Positions 12,701-25,064 of a DNA stretch of 64,000 nucleotides are shown in pieces. Numbering within the stretch: position 1 is the stretch's first letter; each line of letters opens with the position of its first letter. The notes under the pieces are model-generated. The model was not told the origin of the DNA and made no database searches. It worked only from the letters and a program-made list of their open reading frames with translations. Origin of the DNA: Balanoglossus misakiensis (taxonomy: Eukaryota; Animalia; Hemichordata); contig CM082597.2 of the NCBI GenBank assembly GCA_040954595.2, forward strand, positions 9,393,778 through 9,457,777, read 5' to 3'. The position numbers were made by a program, and so were the translations under genes.

Positions 12701-15700
12701 CTGGTACACACCATGGACATTACATTGGGTAAAATTCAAACTACATGTTTCAATTTTCATTAGCATGAGTTACCTAAATATGTGAAATACACTGCTAAAA
12801 ATTTGATTGTAGATTTGGCCAATAACACACTTTACTTCATAGCTTTAAAGACATTCGTTGGCTATGGGGTACTCTTACTTGACAAAGGCACAGTAATGTA
12901 TTAATACCTCATGTAATCAATCAATCATTGTACATTTGTAACTTTCAGATCTTAGTAATGGGACGTCTTTGCTGACACACACCTGTATTACACAAAATTT
13001 GCAGAGGGCCTGCCACAGGGGCCATTTTTTCTGGTGTAAAATGATGTTTTGAAGTGGCACTATCATTAGTGTCACATTTTATTGTGTACAGATGTAAATA
13101 AAATAACTTTTAGAATATGCACGCTTTGTGTTTGTGAATCCCTGCCACCCCTGTAAAATAATGGAATGACCCAACGTACAGAAAGTATGGTCTTACAGAA
13201 ATGACATCATCAGTCATTGAATGAAATACTGACACTTAAATAATTAAACATCACTGAACACCTTTATTTTTACACTGACAAAACAGGATGACCCATTCAG
13301 TTTGTACATGAGAGGTCTTGGTTCTTTATCTTGGGAAGGGGTATTTGTTACTTTTAAAGTGATAAGGTTTCAGTAGGAAGTGGCAAATTTCATAAAAATA
13401 TACTATCAGATATAGTCATTTACAAAAGTGTGTTGTAAGTGATGATTTTCCTTTTGCAACGGTACGCGAATTTGTTTCCCTTGTCAAAATAGGTGTGTAC
13501 AGACCTTATCTCCCCCCTGAACAAAATGAAATCACCCACCAGCAAAATATATTGCTTGAGTACACACACGGTGTCGACCACTGGTATAAATAACGGAAAT
13601 GTTGAAAAGAATTGTGATAAACACTTTAAATTGTAATTTATACACATGTAACAACAACTGATCAAAAGAAACAAAAACATGAGAAAAACTGTATCATCAG
13701 AGGTCAGAGGTCACATTTTCTAGAGGGCCAAAATCATAGTTATAGAGTGAATTTTAGAGTGAGGGATGTTTTTCCTGAAAGATGACCACGTGAGCTGTTG
13801 AAAAATGAAAAAATCTCAAAATCGATAATTTTGACCATAAGACCCCTTTCTGCTTGGGACGGCCCAATTTTGATATGTTGTGTGATCCAATATTTTTTAT
13901 ATAATTTAATAATGCTCCTCTTTTAACACCTTTTCTGAAAATTTCACTGAAATAACAATATTGTACAAATGTTTTCTCAAAATTCTACATGTATGTTATG
14001 GAAAGTGATAACCATGCACTGCATGTGGGTAGTCATCTACCTTAAAGGTATACAGTCACCTCCAATTTACAAACGCCCATATATGGCTGAAATGGAGTAC
14101 TAGTATATGAGAGTTCTAAAGAACATATGGTGGCGCTCTTTTTCGCATGTGCCACCCACTGAAAATCTGTGATTGGCTAGATCTCCTTTTGCCATGGTAA
14201 CTATAGCTAATTTTCCATAGGTGACCGTATACCTTTAACTGGTGATATGTATGAAGATCCCATAGTTTTATTTGGTGGTCAGTTAAAGACATTGCAAGAA
14301 TTTTTGTTTTCTAGATGCACATGAATGTCGTCTTGGTCTGGATGACTGTCACCCAAATGCCACTTGCAGGAATCTTGTACCAGGATATGAATGCACTTGC
14401 AAATCTGGTTTCACTGGTGATGGAATAACTTGTACAGGTATGTAACTATCTACAACTGAAATGTCAACAGAAATATGTACAGCTAAAACGTAGACACTAC
14501 TGTTGATTTTATGCTATTAAAGGGACAAAGTATCTCTCTTGCTGCCCTTTTTCCATTAATTATGTTTGATACAAGACACTGTTTATGTTATTCACCCGGT
14601 ACATGTGGATATATAGTGAATCAACGTTCGACAGCACACAACTTACATTCTGTTTGTAAGAAATGAATCTACAAGTGGGTTTAGTTCTTGTCTAATACAA
14701 ATGGTTCGTCAGGTAGAAAAATGTGATGTGATTTTATTCTTGTGTCTAGACAAATGTGAAGGGTTCTGCTCAAACAATGCTGTTTGCATCAAGGACAGTG
14801 ATGGCAATCCTGTTTGTGAATGTACTGATGAATATCAAGGTGAAACTTGCCGCCAGAGAATACCAATGCAAGTTAAAGGTGTGTATACATTTCTTTGTCT
14901 TTTAATAACTCAAGATTAAAAAACAATATTCACTAAAGTTTACACATTTGTTTGATCTACATGATTACAGTATACGTTGTCTTGAAAATATTTGTGAAAA
15001 TGGTGAAACTGCAACACCTGCAGTATAACTAGATTTTTGGTCAACTAACCATTTTACAATAGTTAAGCATCATAATGAATGGTTTTCTTGCTTTTATCAT
15101 AGCATATCGCCCCCGTGACAAATAGAAATATTTAAACTCTTACAGATTCCTCCGTTGACACAGCTGTCATCATTGGTGGTGTTGCGGGAGGTTTAGCGGC
15201 TGTGTTAGTGCTTGGTGTAATAATGTTACTCATGTACCAGCGGTAAGTTATTTAGTACTACCAGAGTAGAATCGAGACAGCTGTAGAAATGTTGCCCATC
15301 AGAAAACTGGGAATTTACCTGTATCTTTCCATACATGCATGAGGCAACGTGAAAAATAATCTCATCTGTATCGTGGAAGCAAATTTATTCAAAGAGTTCA
15401 TGCATAGACCTATTCGCGTATAGGGTAACTGCAGTGCATCATGGTATAATTTGCGTTCAACATGCATGGCGGCTAACAAGGCAAAGTCACGCGACCAGAC
15501 CGCAAAGTGTCCAACAACCACCTGCGTTATTCTACAGTAGTAACCACATCACAACAAATCCCACATTGATGATGTTCAACTATTTGACATTCAGGTGTGC
15601 TCTTGGAGGAAAGAAACATCCGGGCTGGGAAGAACAAGAGGCAACTATGGATATCCATTGGTTTGATGATACAGATGATGTTGATAGCAAGGCAGGGGAA

Positions 15701-15859
15701 AGTGTGGAAGATGAGGAAGCCTTTAGAGAAATCTATCACTACAATCCCATGTATAATGGCGACAGTGGTAGTGCCAGTGGAAGTGAGGAATGGAGACCAA
15801 GGCCTCTTAAGAGTAGAAATGAACTATTTCATGAGAGTCACGGAGACAGATACTTCTAA
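3745..15859 (+). CDS. 3' part of a multi-exon gene for a HYR-Sushi-ephrin-receptor-like(GCC)-EGF single-pass membrane protein (SVEP1/uninflatable-like architecture); this copy carries disabling lesions
   Basis: GT-AG exons at 3745-3885 and 4580-4675 (HYR: DKHAPEVIYCP..GDTFSWGTYQISYVALDTAGNNAQCNF), 5668-5868 (Sushi-like), 6271-6523 (RRKR furin-type site), 7084-7233, 7858-8019, 8280-8440, ~8686-8853 and 8987-9148 (CxxCPxGxYQ repeats), 14315-14437 (Ca-binding EGF-like), 14750-14878 (EGF), 15146-15242 (TM: VIIGGVAGGLAAVLVLGVIMLLMY), 15595-15859 (tail with NPMY). Splice phases are consistent except at 8440/8686. Confidence 0.88.
5172..5478 (+). repeat. Dispersed repeat; inverted copy at ~24124-24428
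   Basis: Shared blocks such as CATGTGTGGACGGTGTAAGTGGTCCTGAAACGTCTCAGATTTGAGA and GGATTAACACCTCTC match the reverse complement at 24.1-24.4 kb. Confidence 0.85.
7271..7355. mobile_element. ~85-bp piggyBac-like mini-MITE; second copy inverted at ~57953-58036
   Basis: TTAA|CCCTTTCAC...GTGAAAGGA|TTAA; the internal sequence is shared with the 58-kb copy. Confidence 0.7.
9280..13865 (+). mobile_element. Sola2-type DNA transposon, full length, in an intron of the + strand gene
   Basis: Perfect 31-bp TIRs GGGCCGTCCCAAGCAGAAAGGGGTCTTATGG (9280-9310 and 13835-13865) with GRG termini. Flanks ATTT/AATT form an imperfect 4-bp TSD. Encodes a transposase. Confidence 0.88.
9623..12647 (+). CDS. Sola-family DDD transposase, three exons, ~663 aa
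   Basis: Exons 9623-10184, 10613-10719 and 11325-12647 splice in frame (1992 nt). Motifs PRDHGMKGKRP, TDVCVKCE, YTFDFAQ, HADNCGGQNKN, FLEPGHTKCICDACFG. Confidence 0.88.
14046..14234. mobile_element. Kolobok-like MITE
   Basis: TTAA|AGGTATACAGTCACCT...AGGTGACCGTATACCT|TTAA. Confidence 0.8.
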
Positions 15860-17492
15860 TGTGCCATCTCTGTGTGTACATGTATGGTATAATTCAAATG
15901 ATAACTAGAATGGTTTTCATTTTGTGAGTTGACACAGTACTGTGATAAGCTTGGTATAATCCCATAAATGATAACAATAATAGTTATGCTTTGTCAGACG
16001 ACAGTACTGTGATAAGCGCACATTAAATTGGTTGGAGTGAAACAGATCTTTATTATTACACTCTTAGCAACATCTGAATGAAATGATCATAAATAATCAT
16101 CTTTAAAGTATGTTGGTTATAAGGCTATATATTTTACATATTTTAAAGAATTTTCCTTAAAAATTTGTTATGACTTATTATAAGGTATTGTGTAATGAGA
16201 AAGATATGATAATACGAGAATTCCTAAACAACAACATATTTGTGTTGAATTTGGAGGACAAATTTAACAGTGTACCAATTCAGCTCTCCCTTTGCATGCT
16301 GACTTACTTCTGTATTCATACAAGGCAGCATTTATCCTTAACTTGATCAGATAGAAGGTCTTTTCATCCAAATGCATAGATTATGAATTATTTCTCTCAA
16401 TATATTCAGTGACTACCTCCCGATGATATATATCCTCCTGAATTAGTGCTTCAAATTTTGATATTTTTCTTGATATTTTTCTTTAATTTGACTTCAACCG
16501 TCACCATTCTCCAAGACTGTAAAAGAAGGGAGATGATGATTAACTATTATCAATTTTTTTGCCCCTTGTACTGACTTTACAACTGGCCGTATAAATCTGA
16601 TATTTGTTTGGCATGCGAATTTTGGAATATGTATGATCACAATTATAAGATCCTCAAAATAAAAGATCCTATCATTTCATTTGGTTAATAACCAGTTCAT
16701 AGGTGAATGAAAATATAGTTACTCACTTTGAGACCTGACATGTATATATAATAATTCAAAGTATTTATTCGCATATGTTTATATTATTCATGGTGTTATA
16801 GATCAATGGAAATTTTTCAAATTAAATTCATGTATATAAAATGTAGCAATGCAATGTCATATGTGAAACCCTTAATCTTGATATTGTAATTCATTGTAGA
16901 ATATGATTATATTGTGTTATTCACTCAACTTGTGCATGTATGTTTAAGATTCATGCAAAATTACTTTTTTATACAAACTGTTCCTTTTTGTGTTGTTCGG
17001 AGGTGACAACTCATCAACAATGAAATAAGTTTGGGAAATTTTTGAACAAAGTCATGAAGTGGAAGTACTATAAATAAGTTTAATATCTGTTTGAGTTGTC
17101 CTGCCAGAAGTCAACATTTTTAGCTTATACAAATACTGTTGCAACTACAGAACAGTTGAAGAATTTCATCATTATATTTATGTTTTAATTACAAGTATAT
17201 CAATTGTACCTTTTCCTTATATTAAAAGCATATTTTTATTATAATATTTAATTGAGTTCTTTGTCTACTTTTTTAAACTGACAATTTGTCAGTCATTACC
17301 ATAACCCTGGAGTGTATTTCACTGTGTCCAGAGATTCTTCTGTATTTGTTATAATAAGACATCAAACCAGGTCCAATAATCAATATTACTCAAGCTAAGC
17401 TAATTACCAGGTCCAGGTTCAAAAAAGAAATAAGAGAAAAACTTACAATTTCAACAGGATCATCTTGAACCACTGCTAAGTGGTAGTACTCG

Positions 17493-17941
17493 CACAGGGG
17501 GCTGCAAACATGAAAGTTATAAATGGCGGAGTTCCTGCATTTTCCCCCAATAAACATTAATTGATGAACAGTCTTTGTGCTTGTTTATTTTTCTGTGTTA
17601 CCTCCACCTGTCTTATCAGTTGCTAATCCAGAATACAAGCTATTGCATTTCCCATTAAGCACCTGCTAACGACTTAATCTTTGTGCCCCATCCACGGATT
17701 TAGTGGATTAAGTAAACATCGGTCAGTTCTCACTTGGTAAGAGAATACCCAGTACTCGCTGACCGATGTTTACTTTATTAACTTAATCCGTGGATGGGCC
17801 ACACAGATTAAGTCGTTAGCAGGTGATTAATGGGAAATGGATAGCTTTTATTCTGGATTAGCAAATGATAAGACAGGTTGGGAAAAAGCAGAATGGAACG
17901 TACTTCGCCATTTATAACTTTCATGTTTGCAGCCCCCTGTG
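17493..17941. mobile_element. Foldback MITE, P-element-like termini
   Basis: Nearly wholly palindromic: CACAGGGGGCTGCAAACATG...CATGTTTGCAGCCCCCTGTG. 7-bp flanks GTACTCG/GTACTAG (one mismatch). Confidence 0.75.
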
Positions 17942-18364
17942 GTACTAGGTGTCGGAAATGGGTAAGCACACCCTTCCAGCATGCTACACCCGTTAAGACT
18001 GACCCAAAGAGACAGATTTAAGTTGAATTTGACTTAACTAACAAATTACTGTTGCAAGTCAAATCCATATTTTGACTTTATCTCTGACTGAGCGCAGCGA
18101 GTCTGAGAGACAATCCACGTCTTCCTCTTCACAAGCAGCCCACTTTTTTACATAAGTTTCAGTAGCATCCATAATGGTTCTAAAGTTGGTGGCTCGAGAC
18201 AATATTTCGGGCAAAACTGGGCAGCTGCCGAAGTTTGGTATTTGGAATGATTGTCAGGTCACCTGTTATTATATGAACGTGAGGTTCACAAGTGTAAATC
18301 CAATATTTAACATTACTTAAAGGGACAAATTACTCAAATTCTCTTTTGAGCTTATTTATTAGGG

Positions 18365-20268
18365 AGACACATAAAATGGCTCGTCAAGCATATTTAACCT
18401 GGAAATCGGAATCCAAGCCACGCTTTGGACCAGTCTATGAACATATGCGTCAAAGCAGAGCAAAATTTAAATATGCTCTTAGACAATGCCGAAAAGAAGA
18501 GGATCGCAAGTGAGCAAATGGCATGGCCCAAGCTCTTCTTAAAAAAGACCACCGACGGTTTTGGACCGCAGTTGCTGATCTCAATAACAAAAGAGCCCCG
18601 TTACCTGCCACTGTCAATAACATCACAGGTGATCAACATATCGCAAACATGTGGGGCAGTCACTTCGAGCAGCTTTTCAATTCTGTCAACAACACGAAAC
18701 ATCAAGCTGGTGTAATGCATACCACGGAATCTGTGACCTCGTCTGATAATCTGAATATTCGTGTAGATGAAATAGACAAAATTTTTGCTGAACTTCAGAT
18801 CGGAAAGTCTCCTGGCGCAGATGGACTGAGTGCTGAACACTTGAAATATGCAACTAGGAAATTACGTATACATTTCGCTTGTTGTTTTACTTCTATTCTT
18901 ATCCACGGTACCATACCAGATAAGCTTGCGAAGGTCATTATTGTTCCTGTTGTTAAAGACAAGACAGCAGATCTCTCCAGTAAGAACAATTATCGCCCTA
19001 TTGTTTTAACGTGTGTGTCTTCGAAGGTCTTAGAATATATTATTCTTAACAGGTGCGAACATAATTTACATACGACTGACAATCAGTTTGGCTTTAAAAG
19101 CTCCCACAGTACGGATATGTGCATATTTTTACTGAAGGAAACCATTAGATACTATAAACAGAACCACAGTTCTGTTTTTGTTTGCTTTTTAGACGCCGAA
19201 AAGGCATTTGACAGAGTCAATCATTGGACTCTTCTTAAGAAATTGATTGACAGATCTGTTCCTACTTATATAGTTCGTTTGCTGAGAAATTGGTTTTCCT
19301 GTCAAAGTTATTGTATTCGCTGGTCAAATGCTCTCTCTGATTCGTTTAAAGTGGGAAATGGTGTACGTCAAGGTGGAATTCTTTCGCCTTTTCTTTTTAA
19401 TGTTTATGTTGATAAGCTGAATGTAAGGCTGTCAAATGCCGGTGTAGGTTGTGAGATAGCAGGAGACTTATGTTGAACAACCTGTCCTACGCAGACGATA
19501 TGTGTCTAATTGCACCGTCAGTTAAACGTTTACGAAAGCTGATTCAGATATGTCAACTCTACGCTGAAGATCATGATATCAAATATAACACGCGAAAATC
19601 GAAATGCATGCACTTTGAATCGTCGATTAAGCTTTCAAGTATTCCATCAGTTAATCTCTGTGAGACTGCTCTTGAATTTGTTTGTAAATTTACCTATCTT
19701 GGGCATATTTTCTCTCATGATTTATCTGATAATGAGGACATTCTAAAACAACGTAGAGCATTGTGTGGAAGGGCTAATTTTCTCCTTAGAAAGTTCAATT
19801 CGTGTTCTGTCGACGTGAAATTGCGTCTTTTTAATGTTTTTTGTAACAATATTTATGGTTCTCATTTATGGTGCGCTTTTAATTCGTATAATATCCGGAA
19901 TATCATCGTATGTCACAATAATTCACTTCGAAGACTTCTTGGTCACCCCGGACACGAAAGTGCCTCTAAAACATTTGTTCTAAACGCCGTAAACTGCTTC
20001 TCGTCATGAGAAGAAAGTCGCTTTTAATTTTTCTGTTCGTCTCTGTACTAGTCCCAATGTCTTGATCAATCGCCTTGTCTCATGGGATATGCGCTTTTAT
20101 GGTCTACATGCCCACTGGATGGACATTTTACATTGATTCTTAAGAGTGTTTTTTTTAACTTATTTTAGTTTTTAGTTTTCTAGTGATTTTTGCCAGTTTT
20201 TTTTATAACCAATTTCTATGGACGATTGTGTCTGAAATAAAGATTAATAATAATAATAATAATAATAA
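18365..20268 (+). mobile_element. 5'-truncated non-LTR retrotransposon (RTE-X-like) with frameshifted RT
   Basis: ORFs 18523-19476 and 19470-20009 carry GKSPGADG, NYRPI, FLDAEKAFDRV, GVRQGGILSP, YADD and FTYLGH. 3' end CTATGGAC..TGTCTGAAATAAA followed by a (TAA)n tail. The clade assignment is tentative. Confidence 0.85.
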
Positions 20269-21070
20269 AAATAGGGGCCAGTCATCAAGACGGTGGCGTA
20301 TGATTTTTTTAAAGTAAGTTTCCAAATTATAAGAATAAGAATTTCATACTTTTTGTCCATCAGAATAAAGCCCATGGAAAACATTTTGGATTTGCCAGTC
20401 ACTCAAATTTAAGACTTTTTGACAAACTTTGTGTCCTCACACACTGCGCTTATTCTCCTTCCATTAGGGTTATTACTATAGATTTGTTGTATGTCAAATG
20501 CGTATATATTTCTTGCCAAAAATTCACAAACAAGCAGTTAAATTTCAAAGAGTTTTTTCCAAAACAAGAAAAAACAATAAATACGTACATACATAAATTA
20601 TGTAAACATGGATAAAATCAAATCACTTTTGATAAAAAATAATCTAGGCAAGGAAAACAGGTTTCTGAAGAAAGTTCTGTTATAATAGCCACATCATATC
20701 TGCATGATCAATATTACCACAATGAGAAATAACCCCTGCACAAAAAAATCATAATGTTGCCCTTCCCACTGATATATAATGGGGACAGGTTGAATACAAA
20801 TGCCTGGCGGTGAAAGATCACTGCAAGTGAAGGAACTTTTATTATCTATGTATTTATTGTTTTTTAGTTTGTCATGTGCTACAAAATACTTTTATATTTG
20901 CAAGGAAATAAGAAAAGGAAACACGTTACTAGTGAATCGGAATCCGTGGCTTAATCTGAATCTGAAATCGACAACATTACACCTATTTGTAATCGTTATA
21001 TTTAATTATACAGGTAAATTTTGTGGTTTCGTTGTTTCGCTGTTTCGTTGTTTCGCAAAGTATAACTAGC
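20268..21070. mobile_element. Truncated relative of the GGCTAG-terminus MITE at 31688-32433
   Basis: AAAATAGGGGCCAGTCATCAAGACGGTGGCGTAT at the left and GTTTCGCAAAGTATAACTAGCC at the right, both identical to the 31.7-kb element; the outer left TIR is missing. Confidence 0.7.
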
Positions 21071-21234
21071 CCCATTTTCACATACATCAAAGAATTCACC
21101 AATCATCTATCCTGGACAAAACATTTATGTTTAAAAAACATGTACATGTAATAAATACATCCTATATACAAATACACACATGGCTTGTGCCACTATGTCG
21201 CAGCTAACCAAGCAACACTATACCAGATTTCTTA

Positions 21235-22082
21235 TCAAACTCTGGCTGCAGATGACCCTTCACTATAATTAATTTCATGTCTGGCAACCGCTGTATAAAC
21301 ATTATCAGAATGGATCCTACCATTGCCTGAATGAGGTGTTGTAACAGAAACGCTTTCTCCACCCCATCTCATAGTTTTATTGTCCCTGTGAAAGAAATTT
21401 GCCTCACACGGTTCTCGCAATGGTTCCCTTCTGACATATCTCATTGGTGCAGCATCCACCGTGTCTGGAACACCATCAATCATTGCTCCTAGCTCCACTG
21501 ATGGTGATCTTGTTGCTTGCTTTTTTGGACAACATCGGATATCTCCCGTTGGATGAAGACATAAATAATAAATAACCATAAAAAATAATCCCAAGAAAAA
21601 ACCACCTATAACACATGCAATAGCAGGATATGTGTATAAATAGTCTTCTTCCCTTCTCCAATACCAAAGTCCAATTAAGAAAACATTTTCAAGAAAAGTT
21701 ACTGAGTAGTAAATTGTAAGTCTGTATCTAGTTTGCCCTTCTTTCATGTTGAAGAAACAAAATATGTAGACAATACCAATGACTCCATCAAAGAGAATTT
21801 CCTCTGCTCCAGTGAGACAGAAATTTGTCTTTTGGACAATCAACCACATTGACATTCCAAGCCAATGAACAAAGACTATCACAAAGACAGCCCACAGATA
21901 GACGGAGGCAAATAGTGCTAATGCAACTACACGGGCTGCAACAGTAAAGAGTCGCCACAGAATCTGTAGAAGTACTCCTCCATAGTTGATGTTTTCTTTG
22001 TCATGACGCGATTCTCTAAGAGCTTTGTGATAGGCTGCTAGTGACCAGGAGAGTGATATGAGGGAAACACAAGCTGATGTCA
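21235..22082 (-). CDS. XK-related protein (XKR4/6-like phospholipid scramblase family), last coding exon
   Basis: SLISLSWSLAAYHKALRESR, WRLFTVAARVVALALFAS, GIVYIFCFFNMKEGQTRYR, YYLCLHP. The acceptor TTACAG is phase 1 and matches the exon at 49.7 kb. Confidence 0.95.
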
Positions 22083-22368
22083 CTGTAACAAACAAAAGAG
22101 ATACGTGTTAGTTGTCAGTACGTCATAGAAATTATCTTGCAGCATAGGATAATATTGAGAATTGCCACTTCTACTATTTTAAAACACGGTGTTTACCATT
22201 TATTCATTTTGGTGAGATTTTTACTCTCATATCCTACAAACGGGATGGAAGGTGCGTGTGGTTGAATGTTGATTCACTATATATCCATATGTAGAATAAC
22301 ATAAACAGTCTCTTGTATCAAACATAATTAATGGGAAAAGGGCAGCGAGAGAGAGACTTTGTCCCTTT

Positions 22369-22946
22369 AAGCTATCAGGACATGACTGGTGACAAATAAA
22401 TGTTCAACTTTTATAAAAATACAAAACCATTTTCGAGCGAGTGAGTGCTTTCCAAGATGCCAGTGTGATCGGGTGTGTTCACACTGCTTCAAGTGTGTCG
22501 CGTTTTGATCCTTCAAAAATGCGTTTTTCAAATTCGATAGCCATTGTCAATCTTCTAGTTAAGTTGTATTGTATAAACACCATGCATTGGTTCAATATAG
22601 TTTTGCCAAAGTGATTAAATGTTACCGATAAAACTGTATGAAAATTGGAGCTGCACTGATCGCCGTCGAACAGAAAGGAAGCCCTACAAATGCACTGTCT
22701 TCGATCACTCACTCAACGACCTGGGGCAGTACGTGTTCCTAGTCCTGGGTCGCGTTCTGATCGACAAGGTCAGGGTTAGAATAAGAATCACAAATCTGCG
22801 TGCTGGGGGAGGGACTGTATCTTAAACGACATTTATACAACAATAACAGCAACAGTACACAGAAATTTTCCACACATGTGCTAAATAAATTATGATGCAT
22901 TCTGGGGGAAATGACATCATCGCATATGCTAATCTGATGCAAGTGA
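22369..22946 (+). repeat. Dispersed ~570-bp repeat, near-identical direct copy at ~52819-53385
   Basis: Long identical stretches; the two copies give the same spurious ORFs (MLPIKLYENWS..., MSDRRQCIC...). Confidence 0.92.
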
Positions 22947-23272
22947 CAGGCATGGCTGTAGATGGGAGTTTGTTCAAATGAAGTTGTCATTGCCAAAGAT
23001 ATGCAAATTAGCTGGGAAAATGTGAAATTGGTCAAAACTCAAAAACTCGACAACCACTGGTCATATTGATTTGAAAATTGGTATGCATGTACCTTATGTC
23101 AACCTCATACAGTCCTGTATGTTTTGAGCTAATATTATCGATTTCCTATTTTTTATGCATTTTTTGTATTTTTCCATGTTATTGGTAAAAAGTCTTCATT
23201 TCTGAAAGTGATGGGCTTACTTCTTTGAAATTTAGTATGAAGCTTCCTAATGGTTGTCTGAGTAACCATAGT

Positions 23273-23600
23273 TTTGTTAGGTCCCATTGGTATATAGCAT
23301 GGGACCTTAAGGGATCGGTTGCGTCTGTATGTATGTATGTATGTATGGATGGATGGATGGATGTATGTCTGTATATCCGTCCACATCAAAACTTGAAAAC
23401 CGCGACGTGTATCACCTTGATATTTGGTGTGCAGATGCAGGCTGGGCTGTAGATGGGAGTTTGTGCAAATGAAGTTGTCATGGCCAAAAATATGCAAATT
23501 AGCTGGAAAAATGTGAATTTGGTCAAAACTCAGTAACTCACGAACTACTGGTCAGATTGCTTTGCCAAGTGGTGTGCATTTACTTATTATTGAGTTATTT
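23273..23600 (+). mobile_element. DINE-1/Helentron-type non-autonomous repeat
   Basis: Starts TTAGGTCCCAT..ATGGGACCT (short inverted repeat) followed by a (TGTA)n(TGGA)n microsatellite. Part of its body is also repeated at ~22950-23100. Confidence 0.5.
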
Positions 23601-24819
23601 AATATATACACAGCAAATTCCTGAATGATTACATAACTGGCCAAGTTTTAAAGAGGCCAGCTGTTCTATTTAGTGTATGTACAGTACATATGCCATTGGC
23701 AGGTTTGGGTCAGTCAGTGCTTGCCCATTGATCTCTCGTTATGTGTGTGTGTGTGTCGACCCTGTCTGTCTGTCTGTATATGGCCAAGTACTCCGGTGTA
23801 GACTTTTTCTTGTGTAATCCCTCAATGGGACCACTGTGTCCTTGACGTGATTTTTTTTTGGATTGTCATAAGTTGGTAAACATTTCTTATCAGCAACTCA
23901 AATATTTTTGCATTCATATGTGTTATAAAAGGGACTGATATTACTCATTAATATTCACGCTCATACTCATTAAAATTCACATCTCTTGTATTATATCAAA
24001 ATGAGACATTTGAATGGGTTGAGTACACAACAGTGCCTGCTGGCAGCCTTTGTTTGCCTTTTTTTCACCTGAGTGCTGGTCAGCTGGCCCACCACCACAT
24101 GTGAAAGTCCCTATAGGGGTCCTGTACCAGGTTCAGACAGGGTAAAATTCGAGACACTATTTGCCTATGGTAAACACAGAGCATTAATCCTTTGAGTCGC
24201 ATTGTGTCTACACACACAAAGTTTATGTATAGGCGCTGAGGTCGGCCCCATAGACAATGGGTTGCGGAGAGGTGTTAATCCTTACACCAGCTCAGGTCTG
24301 GCCGAAAACGCCGTCTCAAATCTGAGACGTTTCAGGACCACTTACACCATCCACACATGTTTTTTTTAACCGGTATCTGATCTGAGATGCTTTAGTACCA
24401 TCTGAATGGTGTGTGTGTGACCCCCATACTGTTCGTGATAGATTTTCCTATAATGCAATGCATAGTTAGCTTTTGTGCCTGCCAAGCGCAAGCACTACAT
24501 ATTTGTAGGTACAAACGCAATGTGCACATGTTACAATCAGCTAGGCTCAAGTCTGGCCCAGAACCAAAACAAATACTGCAGAATGTGGAAGTCATACGGC
24601 AAGAACATCGATTTTAACAACAACAACATTGACAGAGCATTTGTTTTCGAGGAGAAGGAATCTATCAACAGCGATGGAAGAGCATTTCTGACCGCTGTGA
24701 AAATATTATATATATAGCTGAAGAGATTTTTGACAATTTTGCTGAGAACAATAGCCAGTATCACCACATACAGGAACTACTGCTGAATTAAATTCTCATA
24801 TCAAAATGTTTTGTGACAT

Positions 24820-25064
24820 TTATAGCTCACGTGTGTACACACTGTGAGCCTATGTCGCGGCCTTTTCTGCGTGTGTGTTTCTGTCTGTCTGTCTGTGTGT
24901 GTACAGGATATCTCAAAAACGGCTAAACGGATTCAAGTCAAACTTAGTACGTTGGTTCAGATGGTTCAAATGATTACGTTTTGGTAGGCAGGGCTTGCAT
25001 ATTAATGAAGTTATCAGGGTTTTAATTTTTCTGTTACATGGTTCTCTATGGGAGGCAACCTAAT
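24820..25064 (+). mobile_element. DINE-1/Helentron-type repeat, interrupted by the Academ insertion (appears to continue after 42858)
   Basis: TAGCTCAC..GTGAGC short inverted repeat, a (CTGT)n tract, then ATATCTCAAAAACGGCT. Similar GCATATTAA/AATTTGATGAAAC motifs resume at 42860-43400. Confidence 0.45.

Noticed and set aside
22479-22825. ORFs repeated at 52948-53252
   Set aside because: Chance ORFs within a dispersed non-coding repeat.
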